Assembly (NCBI GenBank): GCA_023920165.1
Contig: CP089277.1
Span: 1,550,001-1,614,000 of the forward strand
Length of the DNA: 64,000 bases
Source: Curvularia clavata
Taxonomy: Eukaryota
Direction: 5' to 3'
Position numbers and translations under genes: made by a program. Below the pieces are notes generated by a model that was not told the DNA's origin, did not search any database, and saw only the letters and a list, made by a program, of their open reading frames with translations. Shown here piece by piece: positions 36,993 to 48,687 of the stretch. Positions within the stretch are counted from its first letter, which is position 1. The number at the start of each line of letters is the position of its first letter.

Positions 36993-37840
36993 TTTCGTTG
37001 TATACACTCACTGATGTTTGATGCCGGATATGTAACTGATGTCGAGACTGTTGTGGAAATAGGTATGTGCAATGTCGGTGAGTGAGCGGTTGTGTGATAC
37101 TGACGAGTGGCAAAGAGAGTGTAGCACGTGGGATTTCACGATAGCAAACGGCGGAGCTTGCGCAGTTGGCGAAAGGCAATATGGGACGACCCTCCTGTCA
37201 GCACATATGTGTCTTCAGAAACATACATGCTTTCTGTAGTTCAGTTCAAGTGCTTTTGCTCGACGTGTGCACGATCAGCCACAACAAAGTTTGCAGCCTC
37301 GGTGTCGAAAAAGGGCAACTCTTCAAGATATTAACGATGAAACACAAGTTGGTGCAGTTTCGTCTAGAAAGTTTAAGATCCGCTTCCACGATACGGTATT
37401 CCGAGAGCCAAGCAAAGTTTCGGAGCGCGATGTGGCTTTGTTACACAAGATACGTCATTGGTGGCTTTTTGTAATACAGATGGTGTGGAGCTATATGACA
37501 CGAATACTCTGGGTTAACTGATTGGTTGGGTATATATTAGAAGGCAACCCTCACTGTAGAAGCAGTGTCTGCGATATTCGATACATGCAACGAAGAAGTA
37601 GGCGTAGAACACGTGTACTCGTTACAATATGTAGCCAGATAGTGTGGCGTTTCTGCTGTTGATTCCATGCTCCGTCTGTCTTGTGATTCCCTTGAGATGG
37701 CGTTCGCAGTACTACCCGTTGGTCGCTTCCACCTCTCCATACCCCTGTCCTCGCCAATGATTGTGACAGCGACATTACACCAAACCTCGTTTGAACATCA
37801 GCCATGTCCTTAGATAGAACACCATACGAGGCCCAAATCT

Positions 37841-38824
37841 TCACATCACCACACAACAGACACATCCTCCCTTATCTTGATCAGCATTTCCATCAAGCGT
37901 CATGTCCGGATACACGCTGAGGATCTGTTGCCTGTACTCCTCGACCTCTCTGGATAAGTCCTCACTTAAGTGCTTTGAAGAATGCAACTTTTGGTAAGCT
38001 GACATAGAGGCTGGTGCCGTGTCACCGGCAGGGTTCTGTGCCTGCTCTCTCAACATGCTGCGTATTCGGCGCTGCAACGCGAGGTCGTCGTCAGAGCCCC
38101 AAGGGGGTGGTCGCGGACCGTTCTGTACATCTGGTGATAGATAGAGCGCAGATTTAGGGCGTGTTTTCAAAGGAATACAATCATTGAGCGAGGTCTGATG
38201 GCCTTTTCTGTTGGGTGTTTGAGAAGCAGAGTCGAAGCCTGGAGGGGCGGGGCGGTGGTTTGCTGTTGCACTTTCTTCATTATATGGCATCAGCTTGCGT
38301 TTTATCTCATGCTTTGTAGTGCTGTCGTCGTATCTCGATGGTCGCAGCTGCGAACTCTGCGAGATTGGATCGTAATCTGTCGGTCCGTCTTTCGCTGATG
38401 AGTGGCCGCCTTGTGTAGTGCTAGGTCGTGCAACTTGATCTGAAGATAAGAATGAGATATTTTGGAGTGATACCTTTCGAGTCATACCTTGCTCAGGCTC
38501 CTTGCTACATTCCGTCTTCAAAACAAATTCTGTCGAATTGAGGTGCTTCTCAGCACTGTCTGTCGCAGTTCGGTCGAAAGATTCTTCTTGTTTAGACGAG
38601 TCAATATTTAGAGCTTGTGTAGCGACACCAATTCGGTGTGAATGCACCTTTTCCACTCGCAATGGGCTTGGAACAAACTGGTCTGGACTCGATGGACATG
38701 ATGAGGCTTCTGTGGTGCAGTATGCCTGGTATGGTTGTCTTTCCAATGTATCTCGAAGTAAAGAAAAGACCTCGCTGATCTTGTCTGCTGTCGCGTCAGT
38801 AGGCATGACATGATTGTTCTCCAT
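37841..38824 (-). CDS. Intrinsically disordered protein ending in a CaaX box (CCVVM)
   Basis: About 327-aa intronless ORF ending DKGGCVCCVVM*. Start codon uncertain. Confidence 0.7.
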   Translation of the reverse strand: MENNHVMPTDATADKISEVFSLLRDTLERQPYQAYCTTEASSCPSSPDQFVPSPLRVEKVHSHRIGVATQALNIDSSKQEESFDRTATDSAEKHLNSTEFVLKTECSKEPEQGMTRKVSLQNISFLSSDQVARPSTTQGGHSSAKDGPTDYDPISQSSQLRPSRYDDSTTKHEIKRKLMPYNEESATANHRPAPPGFDSASQTPNRKGHQTSLNDCIPLKTRPKSALYLSPDVQNGPRPPPWGSDDDLALQRRIRSMLREQAQNPAGDTAPASMSAYQKLHSSKHLSEDLSREVEEYRQQILSVYPDMTLDGNADQDKGGCVCCVVM

Positions 38825-39082
38825 GATTGGCTTTGGTTGGCTCTGATTGCCAACAGGTTGTGCAAGACTTGATGGAGTGAGGTGAACAGGAATATTCTGC
38901 TTGATGAAGAACATACTGCAATTCACTTGTAGTCCGTCACGAGTTCGTTTGTCTCTTGGTGGACGCGTTAATTTGGTGACTGTTTACAAAAGGTGAAGGT
39001 ATTCGACTGGCTATCACGTGGTCGTGTTTGCTCCCCTCCCAACGTGGTAGTGAATGAAGTTTATGGGGTCTGTGCGTAGGCA

Positions 39083-40708
39083 TCAGACACTCAGTGCAGA
39101 GTAGCAGTCATGCACACCTTTCCGTAATCCCTGTTCAAACAACCAGGTAAAGCCACCCCTGTATCCACTCTCTCTAATACGCTTCAAAACCCAAAGTTCG
39201 AGCATACCGATTTTATCCCCACGTGTATCCCTTCCCTCGAAGAATGCAAGCGCATCTTGATACCCGACCTGCCAGCCGTGTTCGTACTTTTCATGCTCAT
39301 ACTGGCCGTTCGGATCAACGCCGCTCCAGTAAGACACATGCTCTTGGAAAGCTTTCTGGAAAAGCTCCGCTCGCTCATGTTGAGCTTTCTCAATCGACCC
39401 GTGCCTTTGCTCAGCAGTCATAGTTGCATAGTTTGGCGGTACAATACTGCCTTCTTCTGTCTTAGCCTTGAAGCCCCACTCACCCCCCGGCATCCAGTCC
39501 ATCTTCCATGTCCAAAAGAAGCTACCTCCAGCTCGCTCCTGATACCTTCTGCTCTGCGCTTGGCCAAACTGTTTGACCAACTCTTCCTTTGGTACACCAC
39601 CCCCCTTGGCCCAAGAGTCCTCAGTCATGACGCACGAGTACTCGCCAACAATGACTTGCACAGCGCCACGGTCATGGACGGAGCCTTCCTTGCCATCCAG
39701 TTGTCCCAGCTTAGTACCAGCCTCGTGAATGATTTGCTGTGGCGACTTTGCTTTGTCCTCATCCGTGAAGGCCCAATAGTAATGTGTATCGACTACTACC
39801 GGGCACTGGTCAGAGTAGATGGAGTTCTTTTGCAGTGACCAGTCAATAGCTTTTTCAACGTTCCAGCCATCAGAAATGACAACGGGCATTGCAGGGTCAA
39901 TGGCAGATATAGCGCCTATACACTCGTCATACCACTCGTACATTCGCTCTGACTCCCACTCGGCCTCGTTCACGAGCTGTATGCCAGCAATCTCAGCCCC
40001 GGCTTTTGTGTCTTCAGCAATGAACTGGCAACAACGAACCCCCAGAGAGCGGCAGGTGGGGCTGCACCAAAATCCAGCATGTCCACTATTTGTTCCAGAA
40101 TGCTCCTGCGCGTTTGCACCTCCAGGAAGGGCGTGCAAATCGATCAAAACTCCAATCGAACGTGCGCGCAGTCGTTGAATCAAGGTGCGGATGCTGTACC
40201 ACGCTCCAGTATAGACTTCAGCATAAGGTTCAAAGGGGGTGCCCTTGGTGAAGACTGCGCCAGGCAAGTCGTAGTAGCCGATGGGCAAACGAACAGTAGT
40301 GCATTTAGCTACGTTAGCAAGCCACCCAATAGCATTTTCTGAGACGATATTGGCCCAGTGCTCCTCAAACTTTTTCTTCGTCTCGTCGATACCAATCCTG
40401 TCGACCCATGCCTTGACTGCTGCAAGCTCACTGGATCCTTCGGCTCCTTCAGGGAATCGAGAATGTTGGAGCCAGCGCTCAATGACATAGACGGACCCGA
40501 GATTCGTACCATGGTGGTAGCGGTAGCGAAGAATATCTAGGAATGTAGGGTCGGAAATACCCCGTTGCTGACATCCAGAGCCATGTGCATTGTGATGATG
40601 GGCAGGAGAAAGGGGGGATTGATGTTGGCTCTGTGGATGGCCAGGGTCGGCATTCTGTTGAGTCAGATTTTTGAACTCGCTCTTGGCTTTCTGAAGAAAG
40701 CCTCTCAT
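39083..40708 (-). CDS. Intracellular GH5 beta-glucanase/glucosidase (Exg3/YBR056W-like)
   Basis: NLGSVYVIERW, VRLPIGY, DLHALPGGAN..EHSG, acid/base VNEA, DTHYY, nucleophile VGEYS, FFWTWK. No signal peptide. Confidence 0.9.
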   Translation of the reverse strand: MRGFLQKAKSEFKNLTQQNADPGHPQSQHQSPLSPAHHHNAHGSGCQQRGISDPTFLDILRYRYHHGTNLGSVYVIERWLQHSRFPEGAEGSSELAAVKAWVDRIGIDETKKKFEEHWANIVSENAIGWLANVAKCTTVRLPIGYYDLPGAVFTKGTPFEPYAEVYTGAWYSIRTLIQRLRARSIGVLIDLHALPGGANAQEHSGTNSGHAGFWCSPTCRSLGVRCCQFIAEDTKAGAEIAGIQLVNEAEWESERMYEWYDECIGAISAIDPAMPVVISDGWNVEKAIDWSLQKNSIYSDQCPVVVDTHYYWAFTDEDKAKSPQQIIHEAGTKLGQLDGKEGSVHDRGAVQVIVGEYSCVMTEDSWAKGGGVPKEELVKQFGQAQSRRYQERAGGSFFWTWKMDWMPGGEWGFKAKTEEGSIVPPNYATMTAEQRHGSIEKAQHERAELFQKAFQEHVSYWSGVDPNGQYEHEKYEHGWQVGYQDALAFFEGRDTRGDKIGMLELWVLKRIRESGYRGGFTWLFEQGLRKGVHDCYSALSV

Positions 40709-41323
40709 TGTGGAGGGCTGGGCAACGTTGGCAAGATAGCGGTGCACAAGAACGAGTCAACCCCGCCTTTCGTATAACAAGAAGATGATGGCAGTAGAGC
40801 TTTTGTCGGCTCGCAAGGCACTGGCGTTTGAGTAAGGTTTGAAGATTGAATGGGCATGGAGAGTAGAAGGCTGCATGGCTGGAATAAACACTAAGAGCCG
40901 CGTACCCGTGTCTATGCTTTCTAGGAATGACGTAGCCTGTAGGGCTGGAGACGTGCAAGCGCGAGTCTACTGTCTGCACGCAGGGACTATGAGATGCCGC
41001 ATCTTATCGGACTGGGCCGCCGTTCGGCAAATTACCCCTTGGTGTAGCATGTGGGGGTTGACGTTTTGCTCAAAGGTCCTAGGAGCAGCATGACATGTGT
41101 GATTTCCACTGGTGGTCTAGCGGAATGGCCCATCAGAATCGCCGAAACACGATTCCGCCACCATGACGAGAAAACAGACAGATGCCGTCCCAATTTCAAA
41201 GACAATCACCGCATTGACAATACTCGGGAGAGAGAAGTGTTGTAAAACTCGTAGGCGAAAAGAGATTAGGTAGCCACGCCGCAATCCCGCCAAGCTGGAC
41301 CCTGACGTGCCCCCCCGCCTCAA

Positions 41324-41524
41324 TCGCGTCGACTAGCGTCCGTGGTACACCTTCCCTAATCACGACGCGACTCTCGCACCGCCATCCAGTCACGCCTTTC
41401 TTGTTGTAAATTGTTTCTACCAAAATTCGGGTGACAGCCCAAGGTGTTCCTTCTCCGCCTTCAGTCTTTCCATACAGAGCATCACACCATACCCCCACGC
41501 GTCATTCCGCTTGCATTAACGCGT
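41324..41524. promoter_or_regulatory. Cluster of MCB-like elements
   Basis: TCGCGT 41324, ACGCGA 41365, ACGCGT 41497 and ACGCGT 41519, all within 230 bp of ATG 41554. Confidence 0.6.
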
Positions 41525-41553
41525 CGCAACATACGGCAGACTGCAGCGACAAC

Positions 41554-42826
41554 ATGAGCGCTACAACCCCACATAGACCGAACATGGCTGCTTACCATAC
41601 TCCCTCTCAAACACCATCTCGACGCGTGTTGGGCGATCTCACGCCAAAAGCCCTAAATACGCCCCAAACTCAGACAAAGAGCTACGGATCTTCCCAGGTT
41701 GCGCAAGCTGAAAGACCGTTGAAGCACGTCACTCCAAACACGCCGGCCAACTTGGCTGACAAAGAGAACCTGTCAACGCCCGATGCGACTGTAAGGAGCA
41801 AGAAGCGGGGCATAGAAGAGGTCGATGGCGCCGAAACGATTGAGAATGCAAAGATGCTTGCTCACGTGCGCGATGAAAGTCCTTCGAATGCCAGCATGCG
41901 GTTGACTACCGACGCGGTACAAAAACACACTGTTAGCTCACCAGAGCCTCCCACGTTTCTACAACTAACCATTCTCTAAGGAAAACAACCCCATTGGCCT
42001 AGCGGATCCTGGATCGCCTACCGAGCGCGCCACGCCTTCGCCTTCTCCCGAGCCGGAGCCTGAATTGATACAAGCATCTCAAAAGAGCAACCAATCCTTC
42101 TCAGACTTTCTCAACTATGAAATGTGTGCGAGTCAAAAGAGTGAGCAAGGCAAAGAACATGACCGTTCAGCTGTATCAGCGCCTGCTCCAGTTGCAGAGG
42201 GAAAGAAGAAGTCGCGAGCGGAACAACTGCGCACACGCCTCAAGTTTGGGCTGTATAAAGTCAAGACGAATCAGATCAACAAACGCGATGTGGACATTAT
42301 TGCTCCATACGAGGCCAGCGCATTGTACTCGTCTGGCACATTCCATACATCGAGATCAACAATGACATCCTCTGGCGAAACTCTAGGTGCTCACCGTGTC
42401 CCGAACATCACTATATCATCACCGCAACGCGAGCCAGGACCTGTTTTTGTAAAAGCGAATCTCGACCCTTTCCGACCAATTAGCAAACTCGGGCCCGCTC
42501 CGGTCACATTTGCATTGCCCCAGGGCAACATGTCCTCGTCGCGTACTCTTCAGCAGTATGACATCACCTCGTCACCCCCAGCAGTCGAGCTGCCCAAATC
42601 CGTGACACCAGAGCAGCCTACGTCACCGGTCCATCGGAGAGATCACTATCAGATGGCTGCCGAAGCAAGGATGCAGAGTAGCATGTACGGTACAGGAGAG
42701 TCTGCCCGAGAAAGACTGCAACGGTTGAAACAGCAGCAATATGCCGAGGGTAGCCCGTCAAATAGTGTCGGTGTCAAGGACGATGCTGCAGAAGGACTTT
42801 TACAGCTCATGCAACATTCGCGATAG
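41554..42826 (+). CDS. Whi5/Nrm1-family G1/S transcriptional co-repressor
   Basis: GTB motif LRTRLKFGLYKVKTNQ, D-box RRVLGDL, KEN box, many S/T-P sites. Intron 41932-41980 joins the two ORFs. Confidence 0.8.
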
Positions 42827-43352
42827 CAGCGATGATCGTATCTAAATATAACAGTATTGGTTCACGTGGGGCTTAATATAGGAGTAGCTACATGCACCTC
42901 TTACGAATGACGACAAGCAATACCATTTAATTCTTCCAACCGAGTCAACATGTTTATGGTGCCTTGATTTCCACGTGATGACGTCTGCTTGGCAGCCAGT
43001 TTGTCTGGTTCTGCATCCGCATTCGGGTGTGATTCCGATCACGGGCAACATGCACATGCACATAAGGAATCCGGTACATCTGCCATATCAACGTGCATCC
43101 AAAGATACACATGATCCAAGCATGACGACACGCAAAGCCTCACACTGCAACAAACGACACTGCCAACCACAAAGTGCAATGCACGTTCATCGACGACTCA
43201 AAGAAAACCAAAGTTGCAGTGTGAAAGTAAAGCTTCTTCATCTTCCCAAAGGAATTCCTTACACAGCCAAAATCTTGAAACAAAATTAAACTTACCATAG
43301 CTCCAACAAGCTCGTCCTGTGACTACCCTCCAACCTACCTCATGTCTCCGAT

Positions 43353-43954
43353 TCTAGACCTTTTATCTGTGCCTCCGCCTCCGCGTCTTCCCCACACTAT
43401 TGTTCAAGCCACCCCAAACGCCAAATATCTTGGCCTCTCCCCACACCTCTCTCTCTCCCAAAAATACAAAAAGCCGCGGATTCTAACCATCAGCCCGCCC
43501 ACACCGTGCGCCACACTCGCCTTACCCCGTACCACGTGCATTAGCGCAACCACTGTATCAGTGGTCTTGGCTACTCACTCGTACGTGGGAGCAGGTTATT
43601 GTGGCGTGCGCGTATCCAACGGGGCCAGCCAAAGTACCAGAGGCAGTTGGGTGGCTAGCTGGGTAGATTAGATGCATGCATAGGTAGTGAAGTGGGTCAA
43701 GTTAAGGCTACACATGCGAAAACCGTGTCATGTCATACGCAAGGGGGTTGAGTTTTCTGTTGGGAGAGGTAGATAGGCTCCGCGGGAATGACGACAGTTG
43801 CTCTTCTCTTTTTTTATTCTTTGTTCTCTTGTGTTCACTCTATCAGGTTTTGCTACATAGGAGCTGAGGTTCAATAGGTGGTAGATAAGATAAGCCAAGA
43901 ATTGGTATACGTATGCGCCTGTGTAGTCGTCTTGTGTGTGGGGGGAGGTCTGGA
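43353..43954. other. Nested long-range inverted complementarity (candidate structured ncRNA or decayed fold-back element)
   Basis: Eight correctly nested stem pairs (listed in findings); C-rich left half, G-rich right half; no credible ORF. Confidence 0.45.
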
Positions 43955-44689
43955 TGGCATTTAAACTTTCAGGGGGAGGGGAGATTTTGATTAGACAATA
44001 AGCGGGGGACCGTTGAGAGATAATAGTCTGGTTTATACTTTGGCAGTTGGAAAACGCCCCTGAACATCAATTAATCAATCGATCGAGCACAACCGACAGC
44101 CGGTGACCTGTCGATCGTTTTGTGGGGTTCAAGGTGACACACGCGTCACGTTGCGGATGCTTGTGTAACGAGTTCAGTCCATTTTATAATCACCACTCTC
44201 AAGATGGCCCAGACAATGAGTTTCCCAATGCATTTTGATATAAGCTACATGATTACCCGGCGCACGGCACTCCTCCAACCATTTCCCCTGCTGCCATGAC
44301 TCCTGCAACGGCAAACTTAAGTCCGAAATATCGTACAAATTCGCCAGACGCCCCGTTGTATTAGGAAGCTGGGTGTAGCAGTTGATAATCCAAAAAAAGA
44401 AAAAACGGCGAGGACAGATGCCGTTGAAATGTTCCCAATGCGGCGTTGGACTACTATACGTGAATGGTATCCAGAACTCGTGTTTTCTCAAGGCCAAATT
44501 ACTCCAATGCCGGAAAAAGAAAGAAAAGTTGTAAATCCCCAAACAAGGCGGATGACAACAGAAGAATAAGGGCCAGTTTGGGCCGAACCGTAGCTGCTAC
44601 GCTGTGGCTGGCATTTGGTGGGACAGAATGTGGAGGTGGGATCAACACGTCGAGACTAGCGAAGGCGGTTAAACCATAGCATTGTCAAC

Positions 44690-46517
44690 TCAAGCTGGAC
44701 GGCGGCGACCGCCCTTGAGAGACTTGACGCGGTTGAGGAAACCACCACCAGCTGGCTTGGCTTCGGCGGTAGGAGAAGATGCGCTGTCAGTAGTGATGGA
44801 TCGTTGCAGAGCAGCACGGGGCGGTGAGGCTCCATTCTTTCCGTCCATCTCGTTGTTCTTGATGGACGCGCCCTTGGCATCGTAGGCCCTGTCGTAGTCG
44901 TCGTTGAAAAACGGGTTCTTCTCGTTTGCCTTGGTCTGCGAGATGGATCCGGAGCTATAAGGGCCGCTCGGGCTAGTGGCGGTTCCGTAGCGTGCCTCGG
45001 GTGAAGTGATGCGAGGGTTGTCGCCATAACGGCGAGGCTGTGAGATACCACGAAAACGCTGCGCAATCGACTTCTTGCGGCCCAAGCCACCCTCGGCCAG
45101 CATCTTCTGCCTCTGAGCTTCAGTGTCTTCTTGGATGGCTTTGCGGGATGCTGGGGCGCCTTCAAGGAAAGTCGAGGTTCCAAGGCCATTGCTCTGCTCG
45201 CCGTGTACAATGTCGTCTCGGCTCTTGGCACTGAACTCTGTAGTTACTGGCTTCTTCCACTCCACCTCAGCGTTACTAAAGTCCTCGAAGCCCTCGGCGC
45301 CTCGGCCGTGGATCCTGTCGAGATCAATCTTTGTGTTGAGTGGTCCAGCGCCGCCCAGCGTGTTGTTGGCGGATCCGGCCGGGAAGGCTTCCATGGGCGC
45401 GCGCTGGTCCTTCTTACGATTTCGGTGGGGCTGGACGGCGTCATAGGGACCATCATGATGAATCATGCTGGGACCGTAGATGCCGGTAACGTCGAGCTTA
45501 TCAATGAGGTCAAGGCCTTGAGGCTTGCGGACACGCTTGCCGGTCTTGGGATCCTTGCCATCCCTAGCACGCTCGTCACGCTCCTTGCGGCGCTCTCGGC
45601 GTCGGCGCTCCTCGCGCGGATCCAGGGAGCCTCGATCAATCATGGACGACTCGGAGTTGCGTCGGGGCCGGCGGGTCGTCTCACGGCGTTCGGGACTGTT
45701 GGGCTGGGGCGGGCGTGAGGAACCCGGAGGCCCACGGGGTCGAGGAGGGCCGTGGTGACCGTCACGCATACGTTGCCTCTCCTCGTCAGAACGTGAGGGG
45801 CGGTGCATGGGACGGGGGTCGGTGCCGCTTCGGTTGGCAGCTGGGCGCTGAGGGGCTGGCTTCTTGTCGCCATCGTCGATGGAGAGACTCTTCTGTGGGA
45901 GGACGGGATAGTCAGCAAACTGGCTTGCAAAGCGGTGGAAGGGGTCCATGGCGCGAGCAGTGTGGGGAGTTGTCAGGAGCGAACCAGGAGTGTCCACAAG
46001 GGTTGTGGGGAGAGAGAGAGAGGAGGGCGCACACACGCACAGCCTGTGCGACAGCGATGTGCAAGCAGCCGTCAGGAAAAGGGCAATTGGGCAGCAAAAG
46101 CGCAAGATGAACGTACAAACAGGTCCTCGGTGGCTGTGCCAAAAGTGGACTTTTTGGGCGACTCTTTCAAGGTGGCGGACATGTCGATGAGGTCTCGCGA
46201 GGCCTCTTTGTTGAATTCGGCCTCGAAGGTGGTGATGAAGGGATTGCGCGACATTGGTCTGCTGCCGGAGCTGGAGCGGTTGGTGGCGCTTGCGGGAGAA
46301 GGAAACCCAGGTGAGGGATATCCGGGCGAGGCAGCTCTGCGGAAGGGGTTGTTGGAGGAAAGGTTGAGCTGCAAGCCAGGCGAGGGCCGGCGTTCTGTAG
46401 ATAAGAGAAGGGAGATCAGCGACGCGTCCAAATTGGGCACAACCAAGGAAGGGAGCGTGTAGGGTGAAACAAGCGATGGAGGGGGGGGCTACCTGGCATT
46501 GACGGCTCTGCAAACAT
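44690..46517 (-). CDS. PAL1: Pal1 cell-morphology/endocytosis protein
   Basis: Exons 46517-46493, 46394-46117 and 45892-44690. SNNPFR and SRNPF motifs, LDLIDKLDVTG, HHDGPYDA..PHRN, GLGTSTFLEGAPAS, FLNRVKSLKGG. Confidence 0.9.
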
Positions 46518-47679
46518 GATGCCGTGGGTTGTCGTCAACCCTGCTTGGGGACCCAATCAAAGCACGGCGATGCAGGAGACGGCAAGCGTGCGCTGTGCAA
46601 CTGCTGGCTGGTGACGCGCACTGAGGATAAGCCTGGCAGTGTCGCGGGCTGACGTGCTGCAAAGCGGTGCAGAAGCAAAAAGGGGGGCGTAATTTAAGAC
46701 TGGCGATACCAATGCTGTAGTGTTTCGCGCTGAGGATAGGATGGGTCCTGTTGGCTGGCGAGACAGGTGGTGGGTGCAGGCGGGCGGGGCGAGTGCAGAT
46801 AGGCTTGTGTTTGAAGGCCCGTTAATAGTCTATGCAACGGCTAGTGATGTGTACACCAGTGCCCGGGCGGTAGTGCAGTGCAGGGCAGGGCAGGGCAGTG
46901 CGGTGCCGGTGTAAGTATGGGCGCGAGAGTGAGTGGGTGGGAGAGCGAGAGAGGAGAGGCGAGGCGAGGAGAGGTGAGGTGAGAGAAGGGGGAGGCGAGG
47001 CAGGCCCGGCGGCTTAAAAGAAGTCGTCAGTTAGTTAGTCGATAGCATAGTGTCCGCTTGCAGCAGGCGCGGCCTGGGGCTTGTAATGTATCCTTCTTCG
47101 CTCACAGCAGCTGGCCTCGACTGGACCGCGCCCGTCATGTGGGCGCCGGGTCACGAGCGCGTCGTGGGAAAAAAAGCCACCAAGAGGCCGATGCCCTCGC
47201 CCAAAGCAGCGCGGCTCAGGGCTGCTAAGCTCGCCGCGCATGTGGGGGGTGGGTTTGCCCAGGCACGCACACCACCAAGGCGCCGCTCCCCGGCCGACTC
47301 TGCTCGCCGCCCCATTGTGCCATTGTCTTTGCCATCCGCTCTCTCCGCTGTCTGGCGTGCGTCACAGTGCGGGTGCTCTCGTCGTCCCCTGCTGCCCGCT
47401 CCTCTTGCTCGTCTGCTCGCCTCTCCGCGCCTCTCGTCTCGCCGTTGGGTGCCCATCGCCGCTGCGCTCGCCGAGTCGTCGCTCCCCCTGGCCTCCCCTA
47501 GCCCGCCTCAATAGACCCAAGCGGATTAGCTGCCGACTCTTCGCAGCCTCGACTTTGCGGGGAAAAAGACCCTGAATCCGTCCTCTTGAGCCTCAGCCCG
47601 CCTGGCCTGACCTGGCCTGACAAGAGCCCTACCTACGCCCTCGCACCTCAACGCCCGCCACTCGCTCCGCCGTCGCAGC

Positions 47680-48156
47680 ATGGCCCAGCAGTCGACAGCC
47701 GACGTGCCCGGCCTGGGAGGCTACTCGCGCTTTGAGCTCGAACTAGAGGTCCGCAATTCCCGTCTGCCCAAACGTCATTAGCCCCTGTTTTACCTTCATT
47801 AACACGAGCCTAGTTTGTCCAGTGCCTTGCCAATCCCGTCTATCTCAACTTCCTGGCCCAGCAGAAGACGCTCGATAGGCCAGACTTTGTGGCGTACCTG
47901 GCGTACCTGCAGTACTTCAAGCATCCAAACTACGCCAAATTCCTGCAGTAGGTCCACCCGCACCACCATCACCACCACCAACCACACTACACATCAGCTT
48001 ACTCACCACTGCCACTGCAGTCACCCTGGCCCCACGCTCCGTGCCCTCGAGCTGCTGCAGCAGGAGCGCTTTCGCCACAACATTCTGGCGCCCGGCCTCG
48101 TCGACCGCCTGGTCATCCAGGGCCAGCGCAATGCTGTCCCGCCCACGCACGACTGA
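47680..48156 (+). CDS. SOH1: Mediator subunit Med31/Soh1
   Basis: SRFELELE|FVQCLANPVYLNFLAQ...YLQYFKHPNYAKFLH|HPGPTLRALELLQQERFR. Introns 47749-47813 and 47948-48020. Confidence 0.93.
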
Positions 48157-48687
48157 GCCAGCCCACGTGGGACCAGGCTGCCAAGGCGCAGCCCATCCCA
48201 TCATCACCCTGAACCACTAGTAGGACTATTAGAGCCAACCCGAATCAGCTGAAACCATCTTCTGTTTGTTCAATAGACCTCTCCTGCCCTGTCCTTGTCC
48301 CTTCTCAGCCCCATAGGGGGGTACCGGCAACACACATCGCAATCGTATCGAGGTAGTACCCTAGAATAGTGCACGACGCTATCGTTTGATGCTCGATCCG
48401 TCGTATTCGTATCACCGTGACGTCGTTCATCGAGAGCACCCCCGTGAACCAAACAAACAATAAACAGCCACAATCGATAATCGCCACCAACCCTGGTACG
48501 TGTAGCGCCCTCGCGTGCCAGCTGATGCCGGCTGCACGTGACATGACGCCCTAATTGCCCCGCGTCGCGCCATGGCTGCCCCTGCGAGCCACCGACCGCG
48601 GCTCAGTCTCGTCTCGTGAGCTACCAACAGGGTGCTTGGTTGCCGTCACAGTACTCACCACACCCCTCTCTGCTGAACCTTTGCACC

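Noticed and set aside
45893..46513. N-terminal ~200 aa of the 607-aa ORF, read through the PAL1 introns
   Set aside because: Canonical splice sites give a Pal1 N-terminus with NPF motifs in another frame; the read-through sequence looks non-protein-like.
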